Positions 37,910 to 51,720 of a stretch of 64,000 nt of DNA are shown here, piece after piece. Position 1 is the stretch's first letter; every line of letters starts with the position of its first letter. A program made the position numbers and the translations under genes. Origin of the DNA: Lama guanicoe (lineage: Eukaryota); the NCBI GenBank assembly GCA_013239625.1, contig MU054323.1:5259220-5323219 (forward strand). Reading direction: 5' to 3'. Under the pieces are notes generated by a model. It worked only from the letters and a program-made list of their open reading frames with translations. It had not been told where the DNA came from and made no database searches.

Positions 37910-39245
37910 AAGTACACACTGTGAAATGATTGCCACAATCAAGCTAATTTAACACATCTATCACCTCACATAGTTACCATGTGTTGTGGGTGTGTGTTGA
38001 GAACACTTAAGATCTACTCTCTTAGCAAATTTCAAGTATCTAGTACAATACTATTAAGAGAAATCACCATGCTGTACATTAGGTCCCCAGGACTTTTTAT
38101 CCTATAACTGAAAGTTTGTAGTTTTTGAACAACTTCCTGTTTCTTGCACACCCCAGCCTCTGGCAGCCACTATCCTCTGCTCTGGGTCTGAGTTCAACAT
38201 TTTTACTTTCCACATATAAGTGAGATTACACAGTATTTGTCTTTCTGTGTCTGACTTACTCCGTTTGCCATAATATCCTCCAGATTCAACCATGCTGTCA
38301 CAAATAACAGGCTTCTCTTCTTTTTTATGGCTGATCATTTTCCATTGCATATACAGTCACATTTTCTTTATCCGTTCATCCATCGACAAGCACTTAGTTT
38401 GTTTCATAGCTTAGCTCACGTGAATATTGCACTGAACGTGGAACTGCGGCTGCCTCTTTGAGATACTGTGTTCATTTCTTTTGGACATATGACCAAAAGG
38501 GAGATGCTGGCTCCTACCATTGTTCTACTTATAATTTTCTGAGCAGCCTCCATGTTGTCTTTCATATGGCTATTCCAAATCCCCACCAATAGTGTTTGTT
38601 TCCTTTTCTCCACACCCTCACGAACACTTAGCCCTTGGCTTTTTGCTAACAGCCATACTAATAGGTGCGAGGTAATATCCTTTGTGGTTCTGTTTGCATT
38701 TGCCTGATGATTTGTGATGTTGATCACCTTTACATATATCTTCTGGGCATTTGTATGTCTTCTCTGGGGAAAAAAAAAGTCTATTAAGATCCTTTGCCCA
38801 TTTTAATTGCATTATTTTATTGGTATTAAGAGTTCTTTATATACTATGGATATTAACCCCTTATCAGATATGTAGTCTGCAAATATTTTCTCCCATTCCA
38901 CAGATTACCTTTCCATATAGTCGATTTTTTTTTCTTTTGCTGTATAGGAGCTTTATAGTTTGATGCAGTCCTACTTGTTTATTGTTATTTGGGGGGCCTG
39001 TGCTTTTGATGTCCTATCCAAAAAAAAATAATAATAATTGCAAAGATCAATGTCAAGGAGATTTTTCTCTATGTTTTCTTCTACGAGTTTTATGGTTTGG
39101 GATCTTACATTTAAGTCTGTAACCCATTTTGAGTTAATATTTATGTAATATGTAAGAAAGGAGTCAGTTTCATTCTTTTGAATGTAGACTACCAGTTTTC
39201 CCAGTACCATTTAATGGAGAGACTACTCTTTTCCCATTGTGTAAG
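37910..39245 (-). mobile_element. L1MA/L1MB 3' portion
   Basis: aagatctactctcttagcaaatttcaagta; antisense ORF2-end motifs. Confidence 0.88.
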
Positions 39246-39339
39246 CCCTAAATTATTTACAAAGCAAAAACTAGCTCAGAAATTAGATTGGTGGCTACAA
39301 AAATTCCATCCTCCTAAGGTCACTGTCACCATTTATTCA

Positions 39340-39850
39340 ACAGATCATTCATTCAACACATATTTATTGAGACACTACTACTTGTCAGACACTATTCTAG
39401 GCATTTGGGTTCATCAGTGAACAAAACCAAACAAGAAAAATTGCTGTCTTTAAGGAGTTGAAATTCTAGTAAGGGGACACAAAAATAAACTATAAAAATC
39501 ATAAGAATTGTATGCTAGAAGGTAATAAAGACAATGAAAAAAATAGAACATGGTAAGAGAGACAGAAGTTCTGGACAGGGGTGGGAAGAAGCAAATGGGT
39601 GTGAGAGTGGTTTGCCTGATACTTTTTTGAAGGTCAGGTAGATGTCCCTGAGGAAGGTTCAGGAGGGAAGAATCCAGCCATGTTGGTATCTGGGGAAAGA
39701 GCATTCCTGTTAGAGGGAAGAGCAAGAGTAGAATTCCAGTGCAAACCAGCTCTAAGAATATTCCAGGCACAACAAAGGAGCTGGTGATACTGGAGAGGAA
39801 GGAACTGAAAAGGAGAGGGCAGTAGAAGGGAAGGTCAGATAGGTAAAAGC
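39340..39850 (-). mobile_element. L2 3' end
   Basis: cattcattcaaca.atatttattgag..ctattctaggc..gtgaacaaaac..ggggaaagagcattcc. Confidence 0.8.
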
Positions 39851-40199
39851 ATTTTACTGGTAAATTTTCTCTAAACTGCAGTGAAGAGATAATCCTTCAA
39901 ACCAGTTTCAAAGAAAAGAAAAAGGTTAAAAAAAAAACCCAACTTCTTTTATGAGACTGATTTAATCTTGACACCAAAATTAGATAAGTAGAGAACTAGA
40001 TAATTATAGCCCTATCACACTTATGAACATAGATGGAAAAATCCTAATACAATATTGGCAAATCAAATCTAGCAACGTGTCTAGATTTAATTTTGCCCAA
40101 GAAAAGATTTTCTTAAGAATGTAAGGCTCGTACAACATCAGAAAAAAATTAACAATGCAGATAATATTAATAAGTTAAAGAACAAAAAATATAATCTTA

Positions 40200-41260
40200 A
40201 CTGACTATCCATGGTGGCCAGGTGGGAGTCATACATGCACCAAACAATATGGACTTGCCCACGTCGTGGCTAGAAGGGCTCCTGCCCAGCTGAGTGGTCA
40301 CAGGTACATGCAGCAGTGGTAAACACACCTGCAGATACTAGCAGCCAGTAAGAGGCAGACTGATTACCTGGTACCCTCTCATCGTGGAAGTGGGGCGTAG
40401 CAATTTGTCTTCACTCAAACAAGATTTGCTTATTCTGCACTGCGTCTGCTTTCTCTGCCTATCCTGTTTCTCCCCCACAATATCACGTGAGATCTTACTG
40501 AATGTCATAGGAAAGCTGCGGTGAGCTAACTGCCTCATTCTACCGGATTCTGGAGGGTTGGCTATTGTCAACTCACTGCTAATAATCTTTCTGGAAATTA
40601 CTCCTAGTCAAAAGATCTGCCTTGTTTGAGTGTATACCTCTTCCTTGGTGTAGCCCACATCCAAGGACAGGCTGAGGCAGAGATACAAAGGCCATCCCAG
40701 TTCTGGAACTCCCTGAAGAAGAGGCTGAGGCCTCCTCTGCATTTCAGTTGAATTTCTCTCCCTGCGTAATCCTTCTTCCTCATTCCCTAAACAAATGTTC
40801 TAGAGAACACACTCCAGGAAACCACCCATACAGAGTTGTCTCAGTCTGTTTCCCAGGAGACTTGACAAAAGAAAAATGCCTCTTTTTTTTACCTCTTACT
40901 ACTCCATACTGCAATGCATTTGAAAGGGATCTTATTTCATGGAAGACGAAGCAAGGTGATGAGCTAAAACTCATGGCATTCACTGGCCCTGCCATGTGTC
41001 CCATCACACACTAGTAATTGGCCTTAAAGAACAGTGGGATGGCCAATTGCACACTCATTTGCATTATCAGCTGAAAGGCACCACCTTGTAAAACAGTCCT
41101 TCTCTCCTACCAGATGGATAGTGCTGCTTCTCCCAAGGCCTGAATACAGGAGTCTGAGAGCCAGGGACGGAAATGGGAGTGACACCTCTCATTGCTGCAC
41201 ATAGTGAGCGGACACTTTTTTTTGCTTTGCATTCAGTGATTCTATGTGCTGTTGTTTTAG
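40200..41260 (+). mobile_element. ERVL (LTR16/ERV3-16A3-like) LTR and internal fragments
   Basis: tagcccacatccaa..ctccctgc..aatcct.cttcct..tctcagtctgtttccca at 40590-40870, flanked by ERVL-internal-like sequence. Confidence 0.6.
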
Positions 41261-41399
41261 AGAACTTAACACCAAGGAATGCCTTTGCCAGGGGGCACAG
41301 TGATTTCTCCAGGGCAGTAGAAGTTGAACACATCACCAAAGAGAAAGAAAAAAAAAAAAAAGAAAGTGTTGACTGGGTTAAGTAATTGTGGTTTATTAA

Positions 41400-41695
41400 G
41401 GTAAAATAAGGTTGTTGCTTTTGGTAGTCCTTACCTAAGGACATTCCCAAATATGTTTCTCCTCCTCCTATGCAAATGGTAAGACTGCATTTCTCTACGT
41501 CTATGATTTGGTGGTGGCCTTGTTGGCCTAGCGACTTGGCCAAAGCCAATGAAATGTGAGCAGAAGTATCAAGATATGTCAAATTGTTTGCCTTGTTCTC
41601 TTTTTCATGCCTTGGCCATCAAGGAAGTTTGTGTCAAATTGGAGCCTCCGTCAGCCTGAGTCCCTGAAAGACCATGATGAGCAGAGCTTTTAATC
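41400..41695 (+). mobile_element. Old MaLR LTR (MLT1H-K-like) fragment
   Basis: gccaatgaaatgtgagcagaagt..ggagcctcc.tcagcctg.gtccctga. Confidence 0.65.
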
Positions 41696-42680
41696 CGGGG
41701 TATCTATTTGGAAGTTGATTATAGATTTCTACTTTTCTGAATGTTAGATATATTTTGATGTATTTAAATTTTAATACAAGGAAACTAAAGTTATTTCTGC
41801 AATGCCCTCATATTGCTAACAAAGTCATTTCACTTGGTGATTAATATTGCAGATTTTTATTAATCTAAGCAAAACACTGGCGTTTGGGATTCATAGATTT
41901 CACTTGAGTAAGACAGAGTTAAAAACTTATAAATGCAATTTTCTCTTTTCAGATGTCAGTTTTGCAACCAACCACACTGCAGAAAATTAAGTGTCTCAGC
42001 CTGAGCACTTGTCTGTGAATTAGACTATCAGGAGGGTCACTCAAATGTGGGGATTTTAGATACAATCAACACCCCGGTAGGGTGCCTAACCTAGAGCTTT
42101 GTACTACAAAGATTTGTTTAAAACTAAAAACAAACATTATGGATAACAATCCCAACAACCTTTAACTTAGATCACTGAATTAATCATATTCTTTCATTCT
42201 GAATACGGCTATGGTGTCGTAGAGGAGAAGAAAAACATTGGACTCACAATTCAGAAACCCACATTTGAGTTCTCTCTGGAAGTTGTATGATTTAGATCAG
42301 GTTAACCTTTCTGATCCTCAGTGTAGTTATCTAAATGGAGGAGGTAATGATACCACAGTGGTACTCTGAAAAAAAATGTGTGATAAGGGTGTAAACATTT
42401 GTAAATACAAAAAAATAATTAACATTTACTGATTGATCATTATGTGCCTAGTGTTTTACGTGTATTTCTTAATTTTATCCTTATGATATCCCCATAGAAA
42501 TGCCGATGGTACAAACCACATCCCATTTCACAGATGGCTTAGCTGAGAAATTTAGCCCCTTGCCCACATTTCCAGAGTTGGGTGGTGGGTAAGGAGGCCC
42601 ATGACCTCAACAATAGGTTGTACGTTTGCACAGTGGAGGGCACCACAAAAATAGCAAGGGTTGCTATACAAGCATGTTTC

Positions 42681-42995
42681 CTTTGAGTTAGGTTCCCCCC
42701 GGAATTCCTCCTTCCCTTGCTGTCTTTGTTATTTCATGATGCTTTCTGTTCCTTTCATGCAGATGGTTCTGAGCCATAAGAAGCCAGGGGAAGAGTCTGG
42801 GCTTCATTGTTCATTCCTGGGTTCCTCCCCAGCAGCAATCTGGTACAGTCCCTTCCTGCATCTCTGGCTCTTTCCCTTTCTCTTTTGTACTGAAGACTCG
42901 AGGCATTTTCTTCCCTCCTCATCCTCAGTGGATTTGTCTTCTGATTTCATTCATGATTTAATAACTACATTTTCCCTAAGGAAATGCTGAAATTT
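42681..42995 (-). pseudogene. Candidate large purine-rich exon (...LRMRREENASSLQYKRERERAR... / LLMAQNHLHERNRKHHEI...)
   Basis: Acceptors ttttcttcag| (42995) or ttccttag| (42975); degraded donor AAG|gaaaca; strongly A/G-rich sense strand, several frameshifts. Confidence 0.4.
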
Positions 42996-44966
42996 CTGAA
43001 GAAAAGCCAACTTTCTCACAGTATCACTGGAAAGGTAACATTCTCGAGCATCCATCCCTTGCACACTCTTGTTCTTGGGATCAGGTATCAACCAGTCACT
43101 TCATTTTCAAGATCCAGCTACAGCTTTGTCATAGGGACCTAAGACTCCAAAACAAAGACCAGCCACATGACTGATGGTTCCTCCTAAACCAAACCACTGT
43201 CATTCACAGTTTGCAACCATGTTTATAAATTTTTTCATTAATGTAAATAACAATTCATTGGGTTTAGTAAATTTGTAATTTTTACATGCAGTGGTCCAGG
43301 CAGGCTAAAATTCCACAAGGGGTGGGGAGGATGGCTTGAAATGGTGCTCATGGTTCCTTTTATAAGGAAGCTATAATCCATGGTCATAGATGGCTCAGTG
43401 AAGAGATCTCAGCTTCTGCCAGCACTGGGCGTCAGTCTGAGAAAGCTTGGCTGTATCCCAGGAGTAAGGGAGTGAGCATAAAAGAGTGCTGAGAAGAGGC
43501 AGGATTAGCATGATGGGTACTTTCAGCTCATTTAACCCAGAGTATCTCGAGATGGCTTCACTAGTTCGTTTAAAGCAGCACTGCATATACCCTATGCTAT
43601 GGAGACTTGGTCCTATTACATATTCCCTAGGAAAGGACTTCTCTCTTGGAGACACACTGTACAGATTAACATACAGAAAACCATACAAAGCCCTCCCTTT
43701 AAAAAAGTTTATTCAGCTTGGTTTATGCAGCATTCACTACTTACTTGATCTGGGAATATATCTTTTTATTCCGTATCTTTTAGCACCCCCAAGGGAAGTC
43801 TTCTGGAAATCCCAGTTGCTCTCAGTGCCCAGATATCAGACAGTTATATTAAAACATTACTATTAAAAAATTACTTCTTTCCCACCAAGCTACCCACTAA
43901 TTATATGTGTCTCTGACTCTATTCATGAATAACTAAACAATATAACAAATAATTATGCAGCTATATATACACATGGCTACATAATTACACATTATCTCTT
44001 TATAAAATATGTAATATCTGTGTCCAATTTTTAGCCTTCCTCTTTGGATACGCCCGTAGGCAGATTTCCCGTGTCCCTCTCCCTCTCTGGATATGGTCTT
44101 CAGTAGAGTTACTTCTTTTAAAATGATATGACGTTGATTATGGAGACTTGTGAAATGTTCATCTGAATTACAATGAACACTAAGCTGCTTTTATTTTAAA
44201 ATTTTTTACAGGGAGACACCAAAATTATTGGTTCAAATGAAGTAGACTTGTTTCCCCTCTCCCACGTAACTATCCAGTGCAGACAGGATATCTCTGCTCC
44301 ACTAAGTCCCCCAGCCCCCCAGGCTAGCGAGGCAGCTCTGCTACTTAGAGCTTTCTGATTTGTTCCAGTCATCACATTTCCAGTTAGAGAGGGAAGGAAA
44401 GGCAGTAGAAAATCCAAGGCAAGAGCCTTTAAGAAGGTAACCCAGAAGTTACAGATAGTATTTATAGCACATCACATTAATTAGAATTTTGTGACGTGGT
44501 TACACCTAGCTTCAGAGAAACCTGGAAAACACAATTTCTTGCCAGTGCCTATAGGACTAAGAAGAGAGAATAGAACTAAAAGTGGGCAACAACCTTCAAC
44601 CTCCTGCGGCCTGTGACTCTGGCCTGCCTTATAACAATCTGTGCTCTCCTCCCACACATGGACTTTTTGCCCCAAGGGAGATAATACACAGTCCCCTCCA
44701 GTATTACCTCTATTCCAAAATCCTAGACCTTTAGGTGATATACAGTCCTCTTCGTCAGGTCCAGAGATATCCCCTGTTGGGACTCCATCTAGTGATCTAA
44801 AAAGCAATTTGCACCCCCCCTCACAGTATACAACAGAATAACCCCAGTAACATCTCCCACGGCAGACACATGCAGTCACTGATCATACAGCACGAATAAA
44901 TACTGCTGGATAGCAACTGAAAAGTCTCCCAGCCTGAGCAGTGGAGTAAGTTAGCAGGTTATTCAC

Positions 44967-45067
44967 CAGCTCTGCCTCTGGGATGAGCTGCCTTGCCCAT
45001 TGTCCTCCATGCTCCTCAGCCATGCCCTCCGGGAGGCTCTTTCTGGCCATTACTCCTGGGCCCACAT
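44967..45067 (-). pseudogene. Candidate exon (frame uncertain)
   Basis: Acceptor ccctcccgcacccatttcag|A, donor CTG|gtgaat; 101 nt. Confidence 0.4.
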
Positions 45068-45527
45068 CTGAAATGGGTGCGGGAGGGTATGTCTCCTTGA
45101 GGGCTCCGTAGTTTTCTCAGTACACTTCCAGCTCATGCAATTTTGAGAGCCTGGGAGCTTTGGCAGACTCGTCCTGTGGCCTAAAATGTCCCCACAACTA
45201 GGTTTCCGATCTGTTTCATACCGGCCATTGCCGTGTCCAAGTAACCTCATCCGAAGTTCTTTCCTGGACACCCCCTAAAGTCCGCCTTACACGGCAAAGT
45301 CAGTTGCAGCCCATTTCTCTCCCTCATTTTAAGGAGGACACCCTGTGGGAATTTAAGGCAAAGAGTCTTAGTGGCACACCAAGGTGGAACTGCTTTTCCG
45401 GCCAAGGCTCTATCCCTTCATCGGGCTGAAAGCCTCAAAGGCAGGCTTTGTGGAAAGCTTTATGTACACGGTTTTAGCGTCTGTTCTTTGTGACACAGAG
45501 GCACCCATGTTTTCAAACACTACTTAC

Positions 45528-45571
45528 AGACTTCCCAGTTCTTGCTTGAGCTCATCATTTTCTTTTCGTGT
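45528..45571 (-). pseudogene. Candidate exon (TRKENDELKQELGS(L))
   Basis: Tract ctccctgctgctttcact followed by an atypical gag| acceptor; strong donor TCT|gtaagt; 44 nt, phase 0 matches the previous exon; heptad-like. Confidence 0.6.
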
Positions 45572-46190
45572 CTCAGTGAAAGCAGCAGGGAGTACACATG
45601 ATACCGTAACATGACAGCCCTATCCAACTACTTCCACAGACGTATCATCCCCACCAGGCACAGTGTCAACTTGCTAACTTGTTTTACCGAAAAGTTTTAC
45701 CAGCAAGTCTGCTGTGGCCTAGTTAAGTATCAGCTTCCAGCCTGCAGTATCTGTTCCTTCACGGTCCAACAGCTAACCTCTGAGTCAACGAAACGTGTTT
45801 TAGGCTTTTGTTATGGCAGAATCCCACTTCCAGGGACTAAGGTTTATTTTAGTTAGGGTTAAGTTTAGGCTCCTGTATCAAAACCAAGTGACTCCAACGA
45901 GACACAAGATTCACTTTAATAAAACAACCCGTCCGAACAGGCAACCTCTGCTCTACGAAGTAACCCAGGTACCTGGCTAGGGGGGCAGTTTTGCCAACCA
46001 CCAGGTATATCCAGCTTTTCTACAGTGGCTGCCATGCCTCTCCAGAAAAAGAAGGAAAGATGAGAAGAAATGGAGGAATACTGAGACACGTAGCATACAG
46101 CTGACGGACCATATGTTCAAGAAGACAGGGCGAACAGATTCACGACCAAGACCTGATGTCGACTATAACCATAAAGTCCGTGATCAAACT

Positions 46191-46191
46191 C

Positions 46192-46231
<40 letters not shown>

Positions 46232-46236
46232 ATATA
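46191..46236. repeat. (TA)n(TG)n microsatellite
   Basis: Seen directly. Confidence 0.95.
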
Positions 46237-46929
46237 AAGAATATGATTTGACATATGATATGATACATCAGTGACATGCTATGCAATGACAGGTTCAAAT
46301 AAACGAGTCCTACTGAGATTTAACAGAAGATTAGTAGATCCAGATTTATAACCCAGATAATTAGTTCTTTGATATTACAAATAGTACCGTGGCATTTAAA
46401 AATGTAGTACTGCTTAGCATGAGTAGCCCAGGAAGTTATGTTCTTGGACATTAAATAAAAAGTATAACAATAACAGCTTAATCAATCTCAAAATCAAACC
46501 AGTAACGTCATTCAATTATGGATGTTTTCTATTTTATGGTCATAGAACCAAAAGAATGAAAAAAAAATGAGATATGTTGGCATCACTTCAGAAAACAGTG
46601 GTCTGGATGCTTGTCATATGACCCAACAATAGATCTTTGTGGTGCTTGAGGCTGATGTGACTTGAAAAGATTAATCAAAGCTACAAATTTCAAAATGTTA
46701 TCATTAGCTTTCCAAAGCGCTCAGATTTCTGGATTTGAGACCAAATAGAAGAACTCTGGCAAGATCGTAGGGACTACCAAATCATACTTTACTAATCTAA
46801 ATAAAACTTACATAGTAGATGTAAGTAATCCATCTGACATGTATCATCTGCGTCTTTGTGTTCTTTCCTTTTCGCCTCGTACTACCCATTAGGTGGCCAG
46901 TTCCTCTAGTTCTGCTGTGGTTCCCTTCA

Positions 46930-47670
46930 ATGAGTTTTAAGCTATCCATCTCCCTCTCTCCCTGGATCCTTCCCGTGAGCTAACTCCAGCCACTACTGGA
47001 ATCATTATCTTCTCCCAACTACATACAGACAGGATCCTTCAAAGAGTCATCTTTGTTCCCTGTGTCCAATTTCTTAATTTCTACCCACCTCCCCAGCTTT
47101 CTAACATGTTGCTTCCATCCACAGCACCCCCTGAATCTGCTCTCATGTGGTCAGCAGAAGTTCTGCTTCCTTAAGTCCCATGCATACTTTTCTGTCCGCA
47201 TCTTACCCAATGCCTTCGTAACTTTTATCATAGTTGACCCATAGCCGACTCCCTGGCTGCTGTGACACCTCAGTTTCCCTCTTTTTCTCCCTACTTTCCG
47301 ATCACTTCTCCCCAGTTCCTTTTGCTGGCTCATCTTTACCTATTTTTGGATGTTGATATTCCTTAGGAGTCAGTCCTTGGGCATCTTAAATTCTCACACA
47401 GCACATTCTCCCTAGGGAGTCCTATTCCTTCCCATTATTTCCATTTCTCTCTGTGCCTTGGTGACTGACAAATGTATACATCAGGCCCAAGCTTCTCTTC
47501 TGAATGGCAGGGCCTTGTGTCCACCTGCCCACATGATATCTTCAAATGGGCCTTTCTACGACATCTCAAAACTCAACATGTCCCACCAATGTGATCATCT
47601 CACCTGAGCCTGCCTCTCTTTCAATGCTCCTCATGGGAGGAAATGGCATCCTCCTTCGCCAAGCTGCTCA
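46930..47670 (+). mobile_element. L2 fragment
   Basis: Pyrimidine-rich; tcagtccttgggc, catctcaaaactcaacatgtcc, aatggcatc. Confidence 0.7.
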
Positions 47671-47998
47671 CCTCATAAAACCAGAAAGGAACGTGGCAGC
47701 CCCAGAATCAGGGTATCTGACAACTGGAACAACGACACCCTTCTCAACACAACAAAACTATTCTCAGTAATAATCATGAAACGGAATGAATAGTAGTAGA
47801 GATTACAACAGAAACTCAAACAGTGAAAAATGTTTTTATTGAACTTGGCCTATATGTAATCTGCTAGAAATTAAATAATTGATACATATGATTAAAATTA
47901 AATTATGTTTATGGTGAAAAAAAAAGGAAAAATAAATCCTTCACACATTTAAAGTAGAGTAATGGATTTTTTATAAAAATGGGGAAAACTCTACCTAC

Positions 47999-48098
47999 AT
48001 ATTGGTGTTGCAGTAATGAATAATATCGTTTCTGTTTCTGAGTCTTAAATTCTGCAAATTTGTCAAGGTCAGAATTGATCTTCTTCACACAGTCATGC
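47999..48098 (-). pseudogene. Candidate exon (HDCVKKINSDLDKFAEFKTQKQKRYYSLLQHQY)
   Basis: Acceptor tgtactgccttttag|G, donor TAT|gtaggt; 100 nt, phase 2 to 0, fully open and the only open frame. Confidence 0.7.
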
Positions 48099-48300
48099 CT
48101 AAAAGGCAGTACAACAGATTTGTCCATCTTTCTTCACTCATAGTTAGAGAACTTTTTTTATTCATTTTAGTTTGCAAATTTTTCCTTGACATGAAATAGC
48201 AGCCATACAAATAGTTGAGAGAAGACTTAAACAAAGGATAAATTCAGCAGAGATTCATAAAAACCACATTTTACAAAATAAAAATCCAGCCAGTGCTATC

Positions 48301-48356
48301 CTGTGCATGTCACTTTTTTCTTCAGAATCTCTCCTGAGCAGGTTTCAACTGTTCCA
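48301..48356 (-). pseudogene. Candidate exon (GTVETCSGEILKKKVTCT or EQLKPAQER...)
   Basis: Acceptor ttttttgacag|T; donor apparently degraded (CAG|gatagc); phase does not match the next exon without an indel. Confidence 0.3.
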
Positions 48357-49572
48357 CTGTCAAAAAATTTTTAAGTACAAATAAAAACCCCAAGTGGTCA
48401 CTTAGAATGACAGAATTGAAATAATTCAAGTTATTTTCTTCATCTTTACAATCACTATGCTGTCATTCTTTATTCATGCCTGTTATTTAAATCCAGGCAT
48501 ATGCAGCATTACTGGGCTTGGAAATACGAAATGTATCCAAAACGAACTAAAAGAATCCTGAATCTTTAGGCCCTGCTGCCCTGATGAACTCACATGGTTG
48601 AGTTCACACATGTGAGGTGTGGGGAACCACATGTGTAACTGAGAGAATGCCAAGTAAGCTTCCTTGAAGACAGACTACACAGGACAAATTATAAACAAGT
48701 GCCAATTTAAAGTGTCATATATATTACTAACTCAAAAGTAACTACAGGGATTGCTAGAACTTAAACCAATAAAAGATTTTTCTGAGAAAAATGTTTTATC
48801 ACTAATATTAATTATCAATATGATTACTTGTATCCCGAGTGTGACGATAGTTCCCTGAGCTGATTCAGGTCTAAAGATTCCTAGAACTGTACAACAAACA
48901 GGACAAACAAAAACAAAAACAAAAATCCTATGGGGGGTGTTTTTGTGTGTGTATATAAAATATATTAAATTACACATATGTAAATTATATATTACTGGTT
49001 GTTACACAGGTGTATGCATTTGTCAAAGCTGATGGAACACTTAAAATGACTGAATTGTACATGTAAGTTGCATCTAAAACATTTTTAATTGAAAAATTTT
49101 GGAGCATAATGATAATACAGAACTACCTTTAGTGAGTTGTACTTTTCATTTTAAATGCTCTACAGACAATAAATACTCTTATTGCCTAAATCCAGGGTAG
49201 ATGGTTCTCAGGGTCCCACCCTTGGTACAACACTGGATACTTAACATCTCTTACCCTTTTATCTGACAACCAAATGGCCCTAAAGACAACTAAAGCAATT
49301 TATAAAACTACCCCATGTCTCCATTTCCTTTTCCAGCCTGAGCCTCCGTCATACCCTGCAACAATTCACGAAGAAAACTTTCACATCTGGGAATCCTCCA
49401 CGTCTGTTCATGGCACTCTTACCCATTCCTTACAAAGCACCTCAAGTAACCTTTGTAAAAGGCAGAATTTGCTATGCCATACCCCTTCTTAAAACTTTCA
49501 ATCGTTCTGCTATTGAAAGATAAAGTCAAAGTGCTAACTGGGACCTAAATACCCTAAAGGGCTAAGTCCTCA

Positions 49573-50390
49573 TTTTTTTTTTTAATTAAAGTACAGTCAG
49601 TTACAATGTGTTACCTTCTGGTGTACAGCACAATGTCCCAGTCACGTATATACATACATATATTCGTTTTCATATTCTTTTTCTTAAAAGTTATTATATG
49701 ATATTGAATAGATTTGCCTGTGCTATACATAAGAAATGTTTTTTATCTGTTTTATGCATAGTGGTTAACATTTGCAAATCTCAGACTCCCAAATTTATCC
49801 CTTTCCACCTCCTCTCCCCCAGTAATCATAAGATTGTTTACATGTCTGCAAGTCTGTTTCTGTTTTGTAGATAAGTTCATTAGTATCCTTTTTTTTCCTT
49901 TTCTTCTTCTTCCTTTTTTTTTTTAAGATTCCTCATGTGAGTAACATCATATGGTACTTTCCTTTTGCTTATTTCACTTAGAATGATGATCTCCAGGTCC
50001 ATCCATGTTTCTGTAAATGGCATTATTTTATTCTTTTATGGCTGAGTAGTATTCCATTGTAAAAAATGTACTACAATTTTTTTATCCAGTCATCTGTCGA
50101 TGGACATTTAGGTTATTTCCATGTGTTGGCTATTGTAAATAGTGCTTCTGTGAACATTGGGGTGCATGTATCTTTCCGAATTAGAGTTCCCTCCGGATAT
50201 ATGCTCAAGAGTGGGATTGCTGGATCATAAGGTAAGTCTGTTTTGGATTTTTTGAGAAATCTCCATTCTGTTTTCCATAATGACTGCACCAAACTACATT
50301 CCCACCGGCACTGTAGGAGGGTTCCCTTTCGCCACACCCTCTCCAGCATTTATCGTTTGTGGACTTTTTAATGGTGGCCATTCTGACTGG
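49573..50390 (-). mobile_element. Lineage-specific (camelid-type) L1, 5'-truncated
   Basis: Antisense ORF2 C-terminus ([33 protein letters not shown]), 3' UTR and T-tail; low apparent divergence. Confidence 0.9.
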
Positions 50391-50822
50391 TTCATCTGCT
50401 CTTTCATCTCCACCCCAGACTGCTCTTCATCTTGTCCTCTCGTTCTATCCACAGTGGCCGTGGTAACTAATTTTCTACTTCCCCCTCTTCCACTGCGCCC
50501 CTCACTACTACTAAACCCAGCAGCCAGACCAGCAGAATGTGACCTTGGCTGAACTAGTTAGAAGTTCCCACTTGGGACTACGAATCTTGAATAGGTGGCC
50601 TCAAGAAGAGAAATAGTGACCTTAGATTCTTAGCAGCAACATGGGTCCAGCAACGACTCCAATTTTGTCCAGAAAAGAGGGAAGTGTTCAATAGGAGTCG
50701 CTTTGAGTCCTGGTTAAATTTAGAAATAAAGTGGGCCAACATCCTGCATGCTTTCAGTCTCTGAGAATGGCACTAACGTCCCTCATTCCACTTGGAATAT
50801 GGTAGATGCTTTGGTTTATTAC

Positions 50823-50907
50823 CTCGGCTGGAGCAGAGGGTGCTGCCTTAGATGAGTAGGCAGTTTTAGTCTTTGACTCAATCTTTCCTGTAATAATTTC
50901 TCTTGTT
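50823..50907 (-). pseudogene. Candidate exon (KQEKLLQERLSQRLKLPTHLRQHPLLQP)
   Basis: Acceptor ttccttgatcctcag|A, donor GAG|gtaata; 85 nt, open in phase 1 (a second frame is also open). Confidence 0.62.
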
Positions 50908-51289
50908 CTGAGGATCAAGGAACTCAAATGAGACTTCAGCCAGCTTCTGGGAACAATATACAATGTGGATCTGTGGACTGATTGTGTCTACTGTGAGACA
51001 GACCTGGGCCAGAGCTCCATTTACCCCCTGACTTCCTGATGCCCTTCTTCTGACCAAAGGGTAGTGACTACGCTGTGGAGATCAGAGCATCAGTGTCAGC
51101 TCAGACCTTATACTCCACAGGCTTCAAAAGTCTGGGGATTCCCTTTCCCAGTGTAGAACTGAGCATGTAAAGAGCCACATGTCACTTTGGGAATGAATGA
51201 AGGGAATCCTCACTGTATACACTTGCTATGGCATGGTAGGGTCCTTCCGGAGAGACACCCAGCCTTCCCTTCAATCTATGGACTTTGAT

Positions 51290-51720
51290 TCAGACAGTGA
51301 AGTTAGAGGCGGAAACTGTTTAAGAAATTGTGACAGGAGACAGAATAAATGGGTCCCATATGGTTGAAGTCACAGGAGTGAATGACATCACCTAAAGAGA
51401 CTGCATACAAGAGAACGGGAGGGAGGATCAGGGTATAAAGGCCAGGGACAGAACGCTGGGGAGAGCTCCCAAAATCAAGATGGGTGTTTCCACCAAGGGG
51501 AGTCTTGCAGATTAACCAGAGCAAAAGCCTGGAGAGCTAGGAGGAAGTTTATGAAAAAAGGACAAGTCAAAGATATTAAAAGTTGGAGAACAGTCAAGGA
51601 CTACATAAGAAAGGATGACATTTGGCTTAAATTTAGTAAATAGTTTCAAAAAGTCTGACTGTTTTGGGAAGAGGATTACTGACGCCTGATTCAGGGAGGA
51701 GTTGGGGTAAGGCAAGAGAC
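51290..51720 (-). mobile_element. L2 fragment
   Basis: ggttgaagtcacaggagtgaatga.atcacct..ccagggacagaac.ctgggga. Confidence 0.65.

Noticed and set aside
41067..41582. Longest ORF (171 aa)
   Set aside because: Spans ERVL/MLT1 fragments and an A-run; no protein-like features
41953..41990. Plus-strand acceptor ttttctcttttcag|ATG
   Set aside because: No supporting plus-strand chain; it overlaps a weak minus-strand exon candidate (41931-41976)
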